Shown here: positions 1 to 12,049 of the stretch, piece after piece | How the letters are laid out: each line of letters starts with the position of its first letter | How positions within the stretch are numbered: the stretch's first letter is position 1 | Origin: Pavona decussata | Lineage: Eukaryota | DNA: 64,000 nt | Direction: 5' to 3' | NCBI GenBank assembly: GCA_977016875.1 | Contig: CDRNST010000049.1 | Coordinates: 5,146,001 to 5,210,000 of the forward strand | Made by a program: the position numbers and the translations under genes | The notes under the pieces: model-generated | Told to the model about the DNA's origin: nothing | The model's input: only the letters and a program-made list of their open reading frames with translations | Database searches by the model: none

Positions 1-23
1 TTGATCTAGAGGAAAAAGGCGAT

Positions 24-857
24 ATGCTTCAGCCTGTTCAGTCAGCAAAGCAGTCCAAAACCACAAAAACCAAACGAGCTACGGTTCCTGCCGCCTCTCC
101 GCCGCCAATCTCTCCAGAGGATTCAGCATCCTCTCTCACTTACGATCAACAGCTTCAGCTGATCCAGCTTCAGAAAGAAAAGCTTGAGTTGGAACTGAAA
201 GTTCTCAGTTTGAGTCACCGGGAACGCCCCCAAGACCTCACGCTTGAAGGTTTCACCGAGGAAGTCAACGAGCCAGCCGCGCAACGACGGGTCAAGAGAT
301 CAATCGACTGGCCTCATGATTTCGTCCCAAGCATTCAAGGCGAGTATGATAAACTTAATCTCCCCGAGTTTGTTTCAGGCTTTTTAATCATGATGAAGAC
401 CTATGATGCGAAGCTGAAAGAGGCTTTCTTGGCGCACCTTGAGCTTTTAATGATTAAAGCTATTAGTTATTCATGGTCCAGCGTGCACGCCTTTCATAAG
501 TTTGTTTCGAAGCAAGTAGAGCAACAACGTTTAGAATGGCACGATACTAAGGCAATTAATAATCAGGCATCGACCTTTTTTTGCCATTCTGACCTTCGAT
601 CATCCTCACCTTACGAGAATTCGCACAATAACTCTTGGCCTTCCAGCAGTATTACTGCACCAAACAACCAGCAGGCGGTTAAGCCTGGCACGGGTTCCAA
701 TGTCAAGGCGTGTAAGTCTTGGAATTATACCGCCACTTGCGACTGTGACAAACAGGAGAGCGCGGCTTATAGCGAACATCATCGTTGTCGTGTTTGTAAG
801 GCTGATCATCCCATGTTGCATTGTCCGAAGCGCCGCACTCCAATTCCGGCACAGTGA
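24..857 (+). CDS. Gag-like ORF1 of the YR retrotransposon (true start probably upstream of the window)
   Basis: Coiled coil (QLQLIQLQKEKLELEL), WPHDF motif and a C-terminal Cys/His finger (CKSWN..C..HHRCRVCKADHPMLHC), directly before RT. Confidence 0.75.
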   Translation: MLQPVQSAKQSKTTKTKRATVPAASPPPISPEDSASSLTYDQQLQLIQLQKEKLELELKVLSLSHRERPQDLTLEGFTEEVNEPAAQRRVKRSIDWPHDFVPSIQGEYDKLNLPEFVSGFLIMMKTYDAKLKEAFLAHLELLMIKAISYSWSSVHAFHKFVSKQVEQQRLEWHDTKAINNQASTFFCHSDLRSSSPYENSHNNSWPSSSITAPNNQQAVKPGTGSNVKACKSWNYTATCDCDKQESAAYSEHHRCRVCKADHPMLHCPKRRTPIPAQ

Positions 858-884
858 CTATTAGCTTCACCAGACCGCAATCCA

Positions 885-2236
885 TTGACCTCTTTGACCC
901 GGAACGGACACCAACATGAATCTGTCAACAATGCAGCTGTTGTACGATATTTCCTTGCTTCACGTTATCGTCAACCAAATGCCTTTGGCGCTAAGGTTTT
1001 AGTTCCCACATCGCTTTTACTCGGGAACTGGAAAACATTCCTCTCTAATCATTATGATAACATTGTGGTCGATTTCCTCACCTACGGCTGGCCGATAAAC
1101 TACACTGCCTGTACACGTCCCGTCTCATCTCCACGTAATCATCCTTCAGCTTTAAACTTTGACTCTTATGTGCAAGCGTATATCGACACCGAGTTATCCT
1201 ACAATGCCATCACGGGTCCTTTCAACTCTCCACCTTTTGCAGATGATTTTGTTTGCTCTCCGCTTCAAACTGTCCCTAAACGAAGCTCTGAGACCCAAAG
1301 GGTTGTTATGGATCTTAGTTTTCCTCATGAATCTTCCGTAAATGATGGCATCCCCTCTGACACTTACCTGGGCGATCAGTTTAAGTTACATTTGCCCGGA
1401 ATAGATCGGCTCGTTGAATTTATTCTCGCTAAAAGCCGTAACTGTCTCCTTTTTAAGAAAGACTTACGCCGTGCCTATAGACAGTTTCCTGTTGATCACA
1501 AGGACTATAGTTTACTCGGTTTTTGTTATCAAGGAAAATTTTACTTTGATACATGTTGTCCTTTTGGCTTACACTCATCGGCCCTGATTTGTCAGCGCAC
1601 AACTCAAGCGGTCGTACATATCTTCAACGAACACGGATTTTCAGCGGATGTTTACCTGGATGACTTTTACAGAGCCGAATATCCGTCTCTTGCTAGTCAG
1701 GCGTTTTCGCAACTCGGTCAATTATTTCAACAACTTGGTTTAGATTCTTCTCCCGAGAAAGACACACCCCCTTCGACATCCATGATCTGTCTCGGGATAT
1801 TAGTTGATACGGAAGCCTTTACTCTCGAGGTCCCGCTTCACGTCTTGAGGAGTTATGAACCGAACTTACAATCTGTCAAAATTCTTCAATTTTACCAAGA
1901 AGCAGCTTCAATCCCTTCTTGGGAAGCTCTCGTTTGTCACGGCGTGTGTCAAGCCCGGTAGATTCTTTATGGCCAGACTCCTTAACAGTCTTCGCAAGTG
2001 CAAGCATGCAGCGTGTTACCGGTATCCCATCACCGCTACTATGCTTTTGGACATTCAATGGTGGCTTGAGTTTCTTCCATGCTATCACCGCATTTCGCTT
2101 ATCAAGCCTTTTCTCTGGGATTTTGAGAGTCTCAATTTTTCCAGCGACGCTTGCCTTAAAGGAGGTGGTGCCACTTGTCAAACGGAGTGCGTCAGTTTTG
2201 TCTTCCCCGACTGCATTTCTATGTTTGCTCTTCATA
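885..2236 (+). pseudogene. DIRS-type reverse transcriptase plus RNase H N-terminal half (frameshift near 1850)
   Basis: RVVMDLS, KKDLRRAYRQ, PFG..SS, YLDD, LGILVD motifs, then LQSLLGKL and FSSDAC (first RNase H Asp). Confidence 0.9.
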
Positions 2237-2508
2237 ATACAATACAATATTTATTTTGCCACATACAACAATTACAGATGGAAAAAAAAAATGATGAAAA
2301 TTGAAGAAAGAAAATAAATGGCGAGAAAACCTGAAAGAAACCACGAGGCTTATAAAGTCAGGCTTCCTCACTTTTAAAAAATAGCTATCTTATATTAGAA
2401 TTACAATATGGACTTATGATAATTAACTTTGACCGCGCACACGTACACACACACACACACGCACACACATATTAAGTAAGTTAGTTGAGAAATACAGCCT
2501 TACAGAAG

Positions 2509-5500
2509 TTAATACCTAGAGAGAAAAAAATCTTTAAGCTTTCTTTTAAAAGAAGCGGTGGAGGGAGAACTAGTTATGTCAGAATTTAGCGAATTATAAA
2601 AGTTTGGACCTTGAAAGTAAATTGAAAACTTCCTCGTGTTCGTTCTGCACAGTGGCAAGCGGAAGGACTGAGCATTCCTAGTATTATAATTATGGATTTG
2701 ACTATTCAGTAAAAAAAAGTTATTGAATTTGGAAGGGAGTGTAGAGTTCTTGAATGAAAACATAAAAGTACCTAATTGAAACGAATGGATATCGTGAAAT
2801 TTTAAGAGTTTAAGTTCCTTAAAAATAGGGCCAGTATGGGCAATGTATGTAGAATTGCTTACTATTCTTAACGCACGTTTCTGTAAGGTTACAATTCTCT
2901 GAAGGTTTCACTTATAGGTACCAGCCCAAGCTAAATTGCAATAATATAAATATGGAAGGATCATAGAATTGTATAAAGTACGAAGGGAGTGAGTAGAGTG
3001 AAAGAATCTAGATTTATGAATAATACCTATAGATTTGGATAATTTATTTGCTGTTAAGGATATATGCGATTTCCAGGTCAAATTGTCATCTAATAAAACA
3101 CCCAAAAACATGGTCTCAGAAACACGAAGGATAGGCTGCTCATTTATGAAAACTTGAAATTCAAAGGATTGCTTCTTTTGCCAAAGCTTGAATACCATGA
3201 AATTAGTCTTGGCTAAATTCAAGGAGAGCCGGTTTGCTGCAAACCAGGTTGACAATTTGTTTAATTCTCTATTTAATGTGTTAATTAGGTAAACAGGATC
3301 ATTATGGGAGATAAATAGGTTTGTATCATCAGCAAACAAGATTGCATCAAGCAGGGAAGCATTGTTCAAATCATTAACATACAGGATAAAAAATAAGGGA
3401 CCAAGAATGGAACCTTGAGGCACCCCACAGGAAATCCCCTGTGGGGCAGATCTAACGTTATTAAATTCGACAAATTGTGTCCTTTCAGAAAAATAACTTT
3501 TGACCCATTCTAGTGCCAGACCACGGATCCCATAATGATTGAGTCTGTCAAAAAGAATGTCGTGATTTACCGTATCGAACGCTTTCGAAAGATCTAGGAA
3601 TACTCCAATGGCATGTTCTTTTCTATCAAATGCAGAAGAAATTTTGTCACACAAATCAATAAGCGCAAGGCTAGGAGAGCGATTTTTTCTAAAGCCATAT
3701 TGATTATCACGTAAGATATCGGAGTTATTGAGATAATTTATAATACGGTTGTAAATTATTCGTTCCAAAAACTTTGAAAAGCACGGAAGAACAGAAATAG
3801 GTCTGTAGTTGCTGAAGAGAGCTTTGTCACCTGAATTAAAAATAGGTACGACACGAGCAATTTTCAATTCATCCGGGACGATACCATGAGTAATGGAGAG
3901 ATTTACAATGTGTGTTAATGGAGAAGAAATGCTACATATAGATCGCTTTATGATAGACATAGGGATATTGTCATACCCAGCCCATTTTCCCGCCGGAAAC
4001 GTAGATGCGACATCTATAATCTCCTCCTGGGTTGCTAAATTTAGGAACATTGACTGAGGGAAATGACCAGGAAGAAAGTTCTTATACGAGGTCGTAGATT
4101 GAATTCGTTTAGCGAGGTTTGGTCCAATATTGCTGAAGTAATGACAAAATCGATTAGCAATCTCCATTGGGTCAGAAATATCTTGGTCATCGACCTTAAA
4201 CACAGAGTTGGGTTTAGGTCTCAATTTCTTGCTGTTTAGGACCTCATTAAGCAGACGCCAGGTGGCTCTTATATTGGATTTTGACTCGCCTAGCTTCTTA
4301 TCATAATATAAACGTTTCGCGATTCGTAGGGAGTGATTCAGTTTGTTCTTATATGTTTTAAATTTCGCTTCGTTCCAGGGAGAGGGGTTTGAAATATACT
4401 GCTTGTATAGTTTGTTTTTCTGCTTGACAGATTTAAGTAAGCTCTGGGATATCCACGGTTTCCTAAAGTGAAGGCGATGCTTCAGTTTCTTCAAAGGAAA
4501 ATGTGTTTCGTAAGCTTTAGTGTATCGCTCAAGAAATTTGCTGTAGCAGATTTTAGGATCATTATACCCGTCTATGTTGAGCCAATCAATACAATCTAAT
4601 TCCTCTAGAAAGTTGGAAATATTTAGCTCGCTTTTTTTACGGACAAATATGTTCTCTTGGTGTCCGCGGGTAAACTTATGATCGAAGGAAATGGAAAAGA
4701 TAGGCAGATGGTCCGAAATATCCGTTATTAATAGTCCAGACTTCAAATAACTGTGCTCGACATGGTTAGAAAAAATGTTGTCAATCAGAGTTGCAGTGTG
4801 AGAAGTGATTCGGGAAGGTAACGTGATTAGCGGAAAAAACAGGTGAGAATACAGGCCATCTAGGAATTCCCCGGTGGCGTTGTGGTTTTGATTTTTTAGC
4901 AGATTCAAATTAAAATCTCCCATTATATAGCATATCTTGTTGTCCCGAGATATTTTCCCTAATATTTCGTTCATTCTGGTCACAAAATTATTAACATTTT
5001 GATTTGGAGGGCGATAAATTATACCAACAATGACATTTTTCTCGTGGGGTCGAATGATCTCAATGAACAATGCTTCCATCACCTCAGCTTCATCAGCATA
5101 AATATCGGTGCGAATTCTAAAATCAAGATTGTCTGATACATACAAGCCGACACCTCCACCCGATCTAACAGGGCGATTTTTGTAAACAAAGTTATAACCA
5201 TCAATTTCGACTCCAACTGGTGAATCCATTAACCAGGTTTCAGTTATCCCAACAACGGAGAATTTTATATCTAGAGAGGTTAGAAGGGTCGATAGTTCAT
5301 CAACCTTATTTTGAAGGCTTCGAATATTTAAATGGAACAATGAAAGATGGTTCGATTGTTCACAACTAATCATGATTTCTTTCTGAAGAGTATCGTTAAA
5401 TTTATCTTCTACATAATAAGAACACCCGCCGTCAATATTGAAATGTATGTCAGGGTCTAGATCATCCGACCGAATTAAGAACCGCTCAAAATCAGAACTC

Positions 5501-5628
5501 AAAGGATTGATAAACAAGTTAGATAGTCTCTCGGGATCGAAATGAACGGGTCCATTTCTAAATTCATAAATCACCGAAGCAAAGTCACTGTCATCTAAGT
5601 GACTAAACGGTAAAGTAGTAAGCGACAT
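2509..5628 (-). pseudogene. LINE ORF2: AP endonuclease plus reverse transcriptase, with one premature stop at 2908-2910
   Basis: HLNIRSL, ITETW, MGDFN, IDNIF, SDHLP (APE); NYRPIS, QYGFR, DLSKAFD, GVPQGSILGP, FADD (RT). The frame continues past the TGA to 2509. Confidence 0.93.
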
Positions 5629-5650
5629 TATCGTTATTTAGTAAATAAAC

Positions 5651-6474
5651 TTAGCTGGGCTCTGCATTACGTCTTTCCTTTATAACAAGTCTGTCCAACA
5701 CGAAGTATGCCGTCTTCCCGGCTCTCTTTGCCGCATTCAGCTCATCAAGTTGCCCTTTCCGCTTTTCGATGGTCTCATTTGCGAGATCTTCATTCACAAA
5801 TATACCAGAATATCATCCTTCTGCCTCCAGTCGCGCAGACGACACACAGTGGTTCTTGGGCGTGTGTTGCGGCTACCATCAGCAGCACCCGATCTTGTTC
5901 TTGGCCCGGTGCGATGCGCTCGCTCGATCATCGGCTCAAAGCTCAGGTTTAGTTTCTCCTGTAGTACTTCCTTCGCCTTTGTTTCAGTATTCAGCCAGGT
6001 TTCGTTGTGTTGTTCGGGGATTCCATCGATGCAGACATTGTTTCTACGGTTTTGGTTCTCAAGGTATACCAATTTTTCCTCTTGTTTATGTAACCCTGTT
6101 TGGATGTCATCAAGTTCTTCTTCCATGTCGTCTATGGCGTCTGCAGCTTCCTTCAAGTCGTCAATATCTTGTTGTGAATATTCTAGGCTCGCTTTTAGTT
6201 CCGCGACAGATTTGACAACCTTGTCGATTCTTGTATTTACAGAAGACAGAACCGACTCAAACATGTTCTTAAACATCCGTTCCTGCATCTGGAGCATCTC
6301 TCTCAGAGTCGCCAGAGAAACGAACTCGGTGCTCGAAGCGTTTGTGTCTTTTCCAGTGTTAGCATCTTTTCCAGTAGAATTCATAGAGGTTTTAGCATTC
6401 CGCGTCAGCATGTTAAATGGATCACTTGACAGTAAGGCAATATATAGTAAAGACAAAAACCTACAACAAGTCAT
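5651..6474 (-). pseudogene. LINE ORF1 (coiled coil, RRM and CTD; L1/Transposase_22-like), frameshift near 5800
   Basis: Heptad coiled coil, LENQNRRNNV..GIPE, IERAHR.G, PRT.V.RL; continues as FVNEDL..ET..KR in another frame. Confidence 0.85.
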
Positions 6475-6550
6475 GAGTAAACGAAGAAAGGTAATAGATA
6501 ACGCAGGTCAAGGCGCCGTGACCGGCGGCCATATTGCATAATAGACAATA

Positions 6551-6861
6551 TAAATGCACTAGAACTTTTCACGATAGTTGTTGCTCTTAAACACTAGGCC
6601 CCTCAGTTACAAGGTCGCAAATTCATCGTAGCATGGGATAACTCTGCTGCAGTCGCGGTCATTACGTCCAATGCGTTGAAAGATCCTTTTATGCGCGCGC
6701 TACATGTTCCAGGGAGACACAACCAATTTGCGGACTATCTCAGTCGTTGGCATTCCAATCCTTTAGCTCATGATAGTTTCTACTGTCTTTGTAATGACTC
6801 TGGTCAGGTTTTCCAGTTTCAAGATGTTGACTCTGCTTGTTTTTCTTTCGACGTTGCGTGA
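6551..6861 (+). pseudogene. RNase H C-terminal half of the YR retrotransposon
   Basis: INALELFTIVVALKH*..WDNSAAV..HVPGRHNQFADYLSR. Confidence 0.85.
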
Positions 6862-7865
6862 CAACGGGATCAGGCCAACATCTTTCTACAGATGTTTCTC
6901 TCGTCAATTTGCAGTCCTTAGTCGCACGTCTCATCAACTTGGCTCACGCAACACCTACACAGAAGAACATAGCAGCTCATATTCGTAGTTACCAGACTTT
7001 TTGTGAACTGAGGGCTATTCGGCCTTTTCCTATCGGTGTTGAATCCATCAGCTTATATATCGCATATTTAGTTGCTCAGAAACGAGCGTACGGTACCGTA
7101 CTTAATCATATTAGTAGCCTTAAACATGCTCATCACCTTGCGGGCTATGAACTGACTTGGAGTTCCGATTATCACTTTCAGCTTTTGCTGCGGGGTGTTA
7201 AGCGTTTTTTAGGACACGCTGTTTCTCGCAAATCTCCTATGACCCCTTCAATCTTGCATGCTGCATTTGATCTTTTTAATTTTCGTATCCCCTTACATGC
7301 GGCTAAGGGGCTTTGTTTTTAGTCGCATTTTTTCCTTTTTTGCATAAATCTAATCTCGTACCCGACAACACGCGGCAAATTTCCTCCAAGGTTATTACAC
7401 GGGCAAACTTGGTTTTTACGTCTGCGGGCGCTAATATTCATGTTTCCGTCACGAAGCCTATCCAGTGTCAGCAACGATTTCTTATTCTGCCTATTCCCAC
7501 CATCCCTGGGTCTCGTCTTTGTCCAATTTTAGCTCTACGTGGCCATTTAGCTATCAACCCGGGCCCTGTGTCTGCTCTTCTTTTTTCAGTTTTCTCTAGC
7601 ACCCATCACTTACAAGCAATTATGCGTTTTTCTTTCTAGGGTCTTGCCTAAGCACCATTTAGATCCGGCGCTTTATTCCCCACATAGTTTCCGCCAGGGC
7701 GGGGCGACCTTCGCATTTGATTGTCGTGTACCTTCCGAGATCATCAAATTGCAGGGAGATTGGAAAAGCGACGCTTATCTCATTTATTTAGAATTGTCAC
7801 AGCAACAAAAACAACGCGCAGTTCATGCTATGGCAAATAAACTTCAGTCTATGTTTTCTGCATAA
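6837..7865 (+). pseudogene. Tyrosine recombinase (three frameshifted pieces)
   Basis: LLLRGVKR, FLVAFFPFLHKSNL, LCPILAL, HSFRQGGATFAF, IIKLQGDWKSDAY. Confidence 0.9.
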
Positions 7866-7968
7866 GTTGTATCATCTACATCACATTAGTTTTCTATCAT
7901 GTATTAGTCGTTTATTTCTTTCTTTCAACCCACTACCACTTTTATCACCCCAGTTTGGGCACTTTGGC

Positions 7969-8061
7969 GTTTAGGTTTATTGTCAAGCTATCAATCAGCA
8001 GTTTCCGCTTGGCTCAATAAACTTATTTTTGCCCAAACTCGTGTGTCGTTTTGGTAACGTG
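7969..8061 (+). repeat. Split direct repeat B1 (93 bp)
   Basis: GTTTAGGTTTATTGTCAAGC...GGTAACGTG, matches 8277-8369 with 2 mismatches; contains AATAAA. Confidence 0.92.
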
Positions 8062-8276
8062 GGTTGATTGAGAAGTCATTTATTAATGATGGTTAATTAA
8101 CCGGTTATAGAGGTATCGAATGTCTCTTATAATCGACTGTGCAGACCGCAAGGACATCTTTTGTAAGATCTGGAGACGAGGCGTAAGCTCTTACTCACCT
8201 CTACCTCCCTAATCTCTTATGATCTTTGTGAAGTTAATAATCATATTGTAGTCTTAGCGTTTTTCCATTTAGTTGT

Positions 8277-8369
8277 GTTTAGGTTTATTGTCAAGCTATC
8301 GATCAGCAGTTTCCGCTTGGCTCAATAAACTTATTTTTGCCCAAACTCGTGTGTCGTCTTGGTAACGTG
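8277..8369 (+). repeat. Split direct repeat B2 (93 bp), element 3' terminus
   Basis: Copy of 7969-8061; Gypsy integrase sequence follows immediately. Confidence 0.92.
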
Positions 8370-9092
8370 CATTGATTACTTCAATCTGCAGACAGGATTA
8401 CGGACTCAGACAGGCTCATTCACCTTAAAAGTGTCCTCTCAACTTGCGATCTGTCATGGTGAAACCTCTGCCTCATCTGCTTACTCTCAACAACTTTTGC
8501 CAGATTTGGTTTCAACAATGTCTGCCTGGTTCGCAGTTGCCTCTTAACCATGAGCTCAGCTGGGGTCTGCCCGGTAACACTATGGGGTGTGGAACGGTAC
8601 CTGATATAAGAAGTTGGCAACTTTGTGCTTCATTGACATGTGTTCGTTTCTTTGTGGCACCTGTTTCACTAACTCTTCCTTCACCAGTCGAACTGACCTC
8701 TCAGCAGCACCATTTGAAGCAGGGTGGTAAGGAGGAACTAACGTGTGCTTGATACCATTCTGTGTTATAAATAGGGCAAACTCAGCAGAAGTAAATTGCG
8801 GGTGATTATCAGAGACCAATTGTTCTGGAAGACCATGTTCAGCAAGTATAAGCCTCAATTCATCAATGGTGCGCTCGGTAGTTGTGGAGGTCATATGCTT
8901 CACATCTATCCATTTTGAATGACTGTCAATTAGCACAAGGAAATAATCCTTTCCTTTCTGGCAGAAATCAACATGAACCCTCTGAAAGGGTCTTGTTGGC
9001 CACCTCCACGGATGCAAGGGCATCTTTGCTTGTAAACTCCTCACATTCTGACACACTGAACAACTCTTGACCACGCGTTCGATTTCTCCATC
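8370..9092 (-). pseudogene. Gypsy LTR retrotransposon integrase fragment
   Basis: CSVC zinc-finger end, PW..P.RPFQRVHVDF, LVSDN..QF, PYHPASNGAAER, YRSTPHSVTGQTPAEL. Confidence 0.88.
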
Positions 9093-10609
9093 ATTAATAC
9101 AAGCAATGACATAAGGTAAAACGTGATACAATTCAAAATTTCGAAAAAAGTAACGTACAAATTTAAGATGCGCAAGACATGGAATAACACTTGCGCAAGC
9201 ACTACACTAAATACAAGGAATAAAATTGTAAAAATTGAAATAATTACAAAGTTTATAACACAAAATGTTATGAAAACAAAAATATATATATAGCTGGATT
9301 TTTGAAAACGTGGCCCCCAGAAATTGGGCACATTTTGAGACCTTCTAGGCTGAAGGAATATGCTAGTCATTAACAAGACTACAATTAGGGTTTATCACAA
9401 GATTTTAAGCAAGGTCAAAGAATAGTATGGGAGAGAAAAACGAAAGAGGCTTTTCTTTGGAATTAGACATGACACTAACTAAAAACATTTGCATGAAATG
9501 AAACATGACCTGTGAACTTCCTACAAAATGTGTCAGAATTTAGCAATGATTAACCGCGCCAACGCATCTAAAATCTCGCCCAAAACCCGCTCTTTTAGCG
9601 CTCAAGTCTAGCTTTCTTCAACAGGATCGGCTTCTTGAGAGAAAGACAGCGTTTCAAATTGATTTTTTATGTTCATACTAGATTCATGCTGCACGCCAAC
9701 TAGAACCACGGCGACCGAACATCTGCAGGAAACTATTTATGAAACTCGAGAGCGGAAATACCACCCACAATCGCACTTCTCGACTAATCGATCACTAGCC
9801 TAACGACGCTACAGTTATAAGGGTGAAAAATAATCGAATAGCTTTTCAAACTCACGCTTTTTGAAGACAAAATCCTTGCCCATCCTTGTTAGTGTTTTCC
9901 ATACTAACTGAAGTTCCCGGATGTTGAAATCAACATTTGAAAAGGGAAGGGTTAGCGCCCTTTTCTACCACAAAAATATACTAAGCCTTTGGCTGGGTAA
10001 CAAATTCGCAGAAATTTCACGTTGGCCGAAAAGAAATCATCCCTAAGACCTACTTTTTAAAGCCAAAGACTGTCACCTCCTCAAGCAAAGCACACAACAT
10101 ACTACCCTTTACAGTTCACGCCCGAGTAACTGAAAGTTGCCCGTTTAGCTTAAAAAAGAACTAAATAGGCAGCATGTTAGACGAGGCAGGACGCTGCACT
10201 CGTAAGACTTTTTCCTTCATTAGACTTAATGATGTCCTCAGGAAAACTTTGCTTCAGGAAGCCAAACGAAACGCTAGGTCTAATGACTTAGTTCTGATCT
10301 CAGAGCGCGCGCCGAATTCAAAGCCAAATCGTTGCGTGGTTAAAAGACGTTTGAGAGAGAGTGGGGCTAGGTTAGCAAAACAGGGAGGGAGGGGGGGGGG
10401 GAAATATTTTGATTTTATAAATATCTGCTAATGACCCTTTATATTTTTTTCTTATTGACTTAGAATAAAAAAAATGCAAAAAAAAAATAAATAAATAAAT
10501 AAAAAAAGCAAAATCTCACAAGAGAAACTAACATAAGGCAATATTTCTGGAGCCATCTTTTCAAAAATTCAGGTATATATATAGATAAAATAAACTTAAA
10601 GATTAATAT

Positions 10610-11810
10610 CAGAGCGAGAGTTAAGTCAGCATGTTTCAAGTGCTTATTTAAAGTGGGATTCTCCCATTTGATGTGCATTGCCTCCTTCAACATAAGTTGT
10701 AGTTTTTTGGGTGCACAGTCCACGATGGAAATGCAAGTCTTGTTAGCTAGACAACGACATGCCTGGGATTGCTGCAAATGCTGATAAACGTGTGAATTCC
10801 TATCCCTGCTCAGATGCTTACGAATGCATGTTGACAGATGTCTGCTGGTCTCGCCGATGTAACAGGCATTACATCCTGCAAACAAAAACTTGTAGACAAC
10901 ACGCAAACGGAGATCGAGAGGAACAGGATCCTTCACACTAAACATACTGCCAACCTTAAAAGAAGAAAAAGCTAACTTAATTTCGATGTTACTATGATAA
11001 CGCTCAACGAGGTTGCGTAGCCTTTTCTGTGCTTCTTTAGTGAAGGAGCCTACATAGGGTAACTTAAAATAGTAAGTTCACCTTAGAACTAGCTGGTGGG
11101 CAGATGGTAGTTCTACTGACGTATCTATTGATAACCATTTCTACCATGCGAACAGGAAAAAGGTTCTTACGTAGAATAAGGGTAAGATCTTTGATATCCT
11201 TATGAAAGCCTATCCAAGAATTGTTGATTTTGTAAACCCTGTCCACCAGTGTTCTAACAAGACCCATTTTGTAGGAAATTGAAGTGAAACTAAAATAGTT
11301 GGTTAGGAGCCCCGTGAAAGTTTTCTTACGGAAAATAGATGTCTGGAGATTAAGAGGGTTGTTGTTGACCAAGACATCCAAGAAAGCTAACTTGTTACCT
11401 ACTTCCCTCTCCATAGTAAACCGTATGTTAGGGTGTTGGGAATTGATGTAATTGTGAAAGGAAACAGCATCTTGCTCCCTCTCGAATACGCAAAAAGTGT
11501 CATCGACATATCGTCGATAGAACAAAATCTTAGAGCCCACGTAGTTTTCTATCCAAGCGTTCTCATTATGCCCCGTAAAAATGTTGGCTAAGATGGGGGG
11601 AAGGGGCGAGCCCATAGGCACACCATCTATCTGATCATAAAAAGAACCTTTGAACAAAAAATGAGTTTGGGCTGTGGCAAAACATAAAAACGTTTTAAGC
11701 TCGGGGCACTTAACTTAATGTCAGTTTTATCCTCCTTATGTAGGGAACTGCTAGATCAATACACTCACCCAAGGGTATGTGGGTAAATAAACTTTCAACG
11801 TCAAATGACT
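10610..11810 (-). mobile_element. Penelope-like element fragment (RT plus GIY-YIG endonuclease)
   Basis: FDVESLFT, GVPMGSPL, YRRYVDD, FLDV (RT); CNACYIGET.RHL..R.H and KEAMHI...P.LN (GIY-YIG). Confidence 0.9.
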
Positions 11811-12049
11811 GATTTACTGACCCCCCTCTTCCCCCTCAAATAATCACACACATACACTTAACACGACACACAATCACACAGCTAACAACAAGCACTTAGA
11901 CAGGAATTAAGATATTGTAATATAATGATATAAATTGTGGATGCATGTTTCGAAACACCTATTTACCTTCAAAAGCGACACTTGCCCAATTCAAAGAGAT
12001 TGCTTGCCTTTTGTTCTTCCATGTAGAAATCTGGCATTCTAATAAGTAA

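Larger units (their letters stand above)
2237..6550 (-). mobile_element. Full-length CR1/L2-group (Crack/Daphne-like) LINE
   Basis: ORF1 plus APE-RT ORF2. The 3' UTR has a GT microsatellite, then AATAAA followed by a (TATTG)n tail. Removing the element restores the host frame CTT CAT ATA AAT GCA (LHINA). Confidence 0.9.
1..8369 (+). mobile_element. Ngaro/DIRS-like tyrosine-recombinase retrotransposon (5' end outside window), interrupted by a LINE at 2237-6550
   Basis: Gag-like ORF, RT (KKDLRRAYRQ, VYLDDF), RNase H split across the LINE, YR (HSFRQGGA..QGDWKSDAY), and a 93-bp direct repeat pair at the 3' end (B1-A2-B2 layout). Confidence 0.9.

Noticed and set aside
5750-6541. 263-aa plus-strand ORF
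   Set aside because: Antisense shadow of LINE ORF1; Ser/Phe-rich with no domain.
9041-9376. Hydrophobic ORF resembling a membrane protein
   Set aside because: Product of T-rich non-coding sequence; no family motif.
10420-10450. TGCTAATGACCC as the left Kolobok TIR
   Set aside because: Weak match to AGTGCCTATAACCC and no flanking TTAA.
10440-10620. Hammerhead ribozyme expected near the Penelope end
   Set aside because: No CTGANGA...GAAA core seen.
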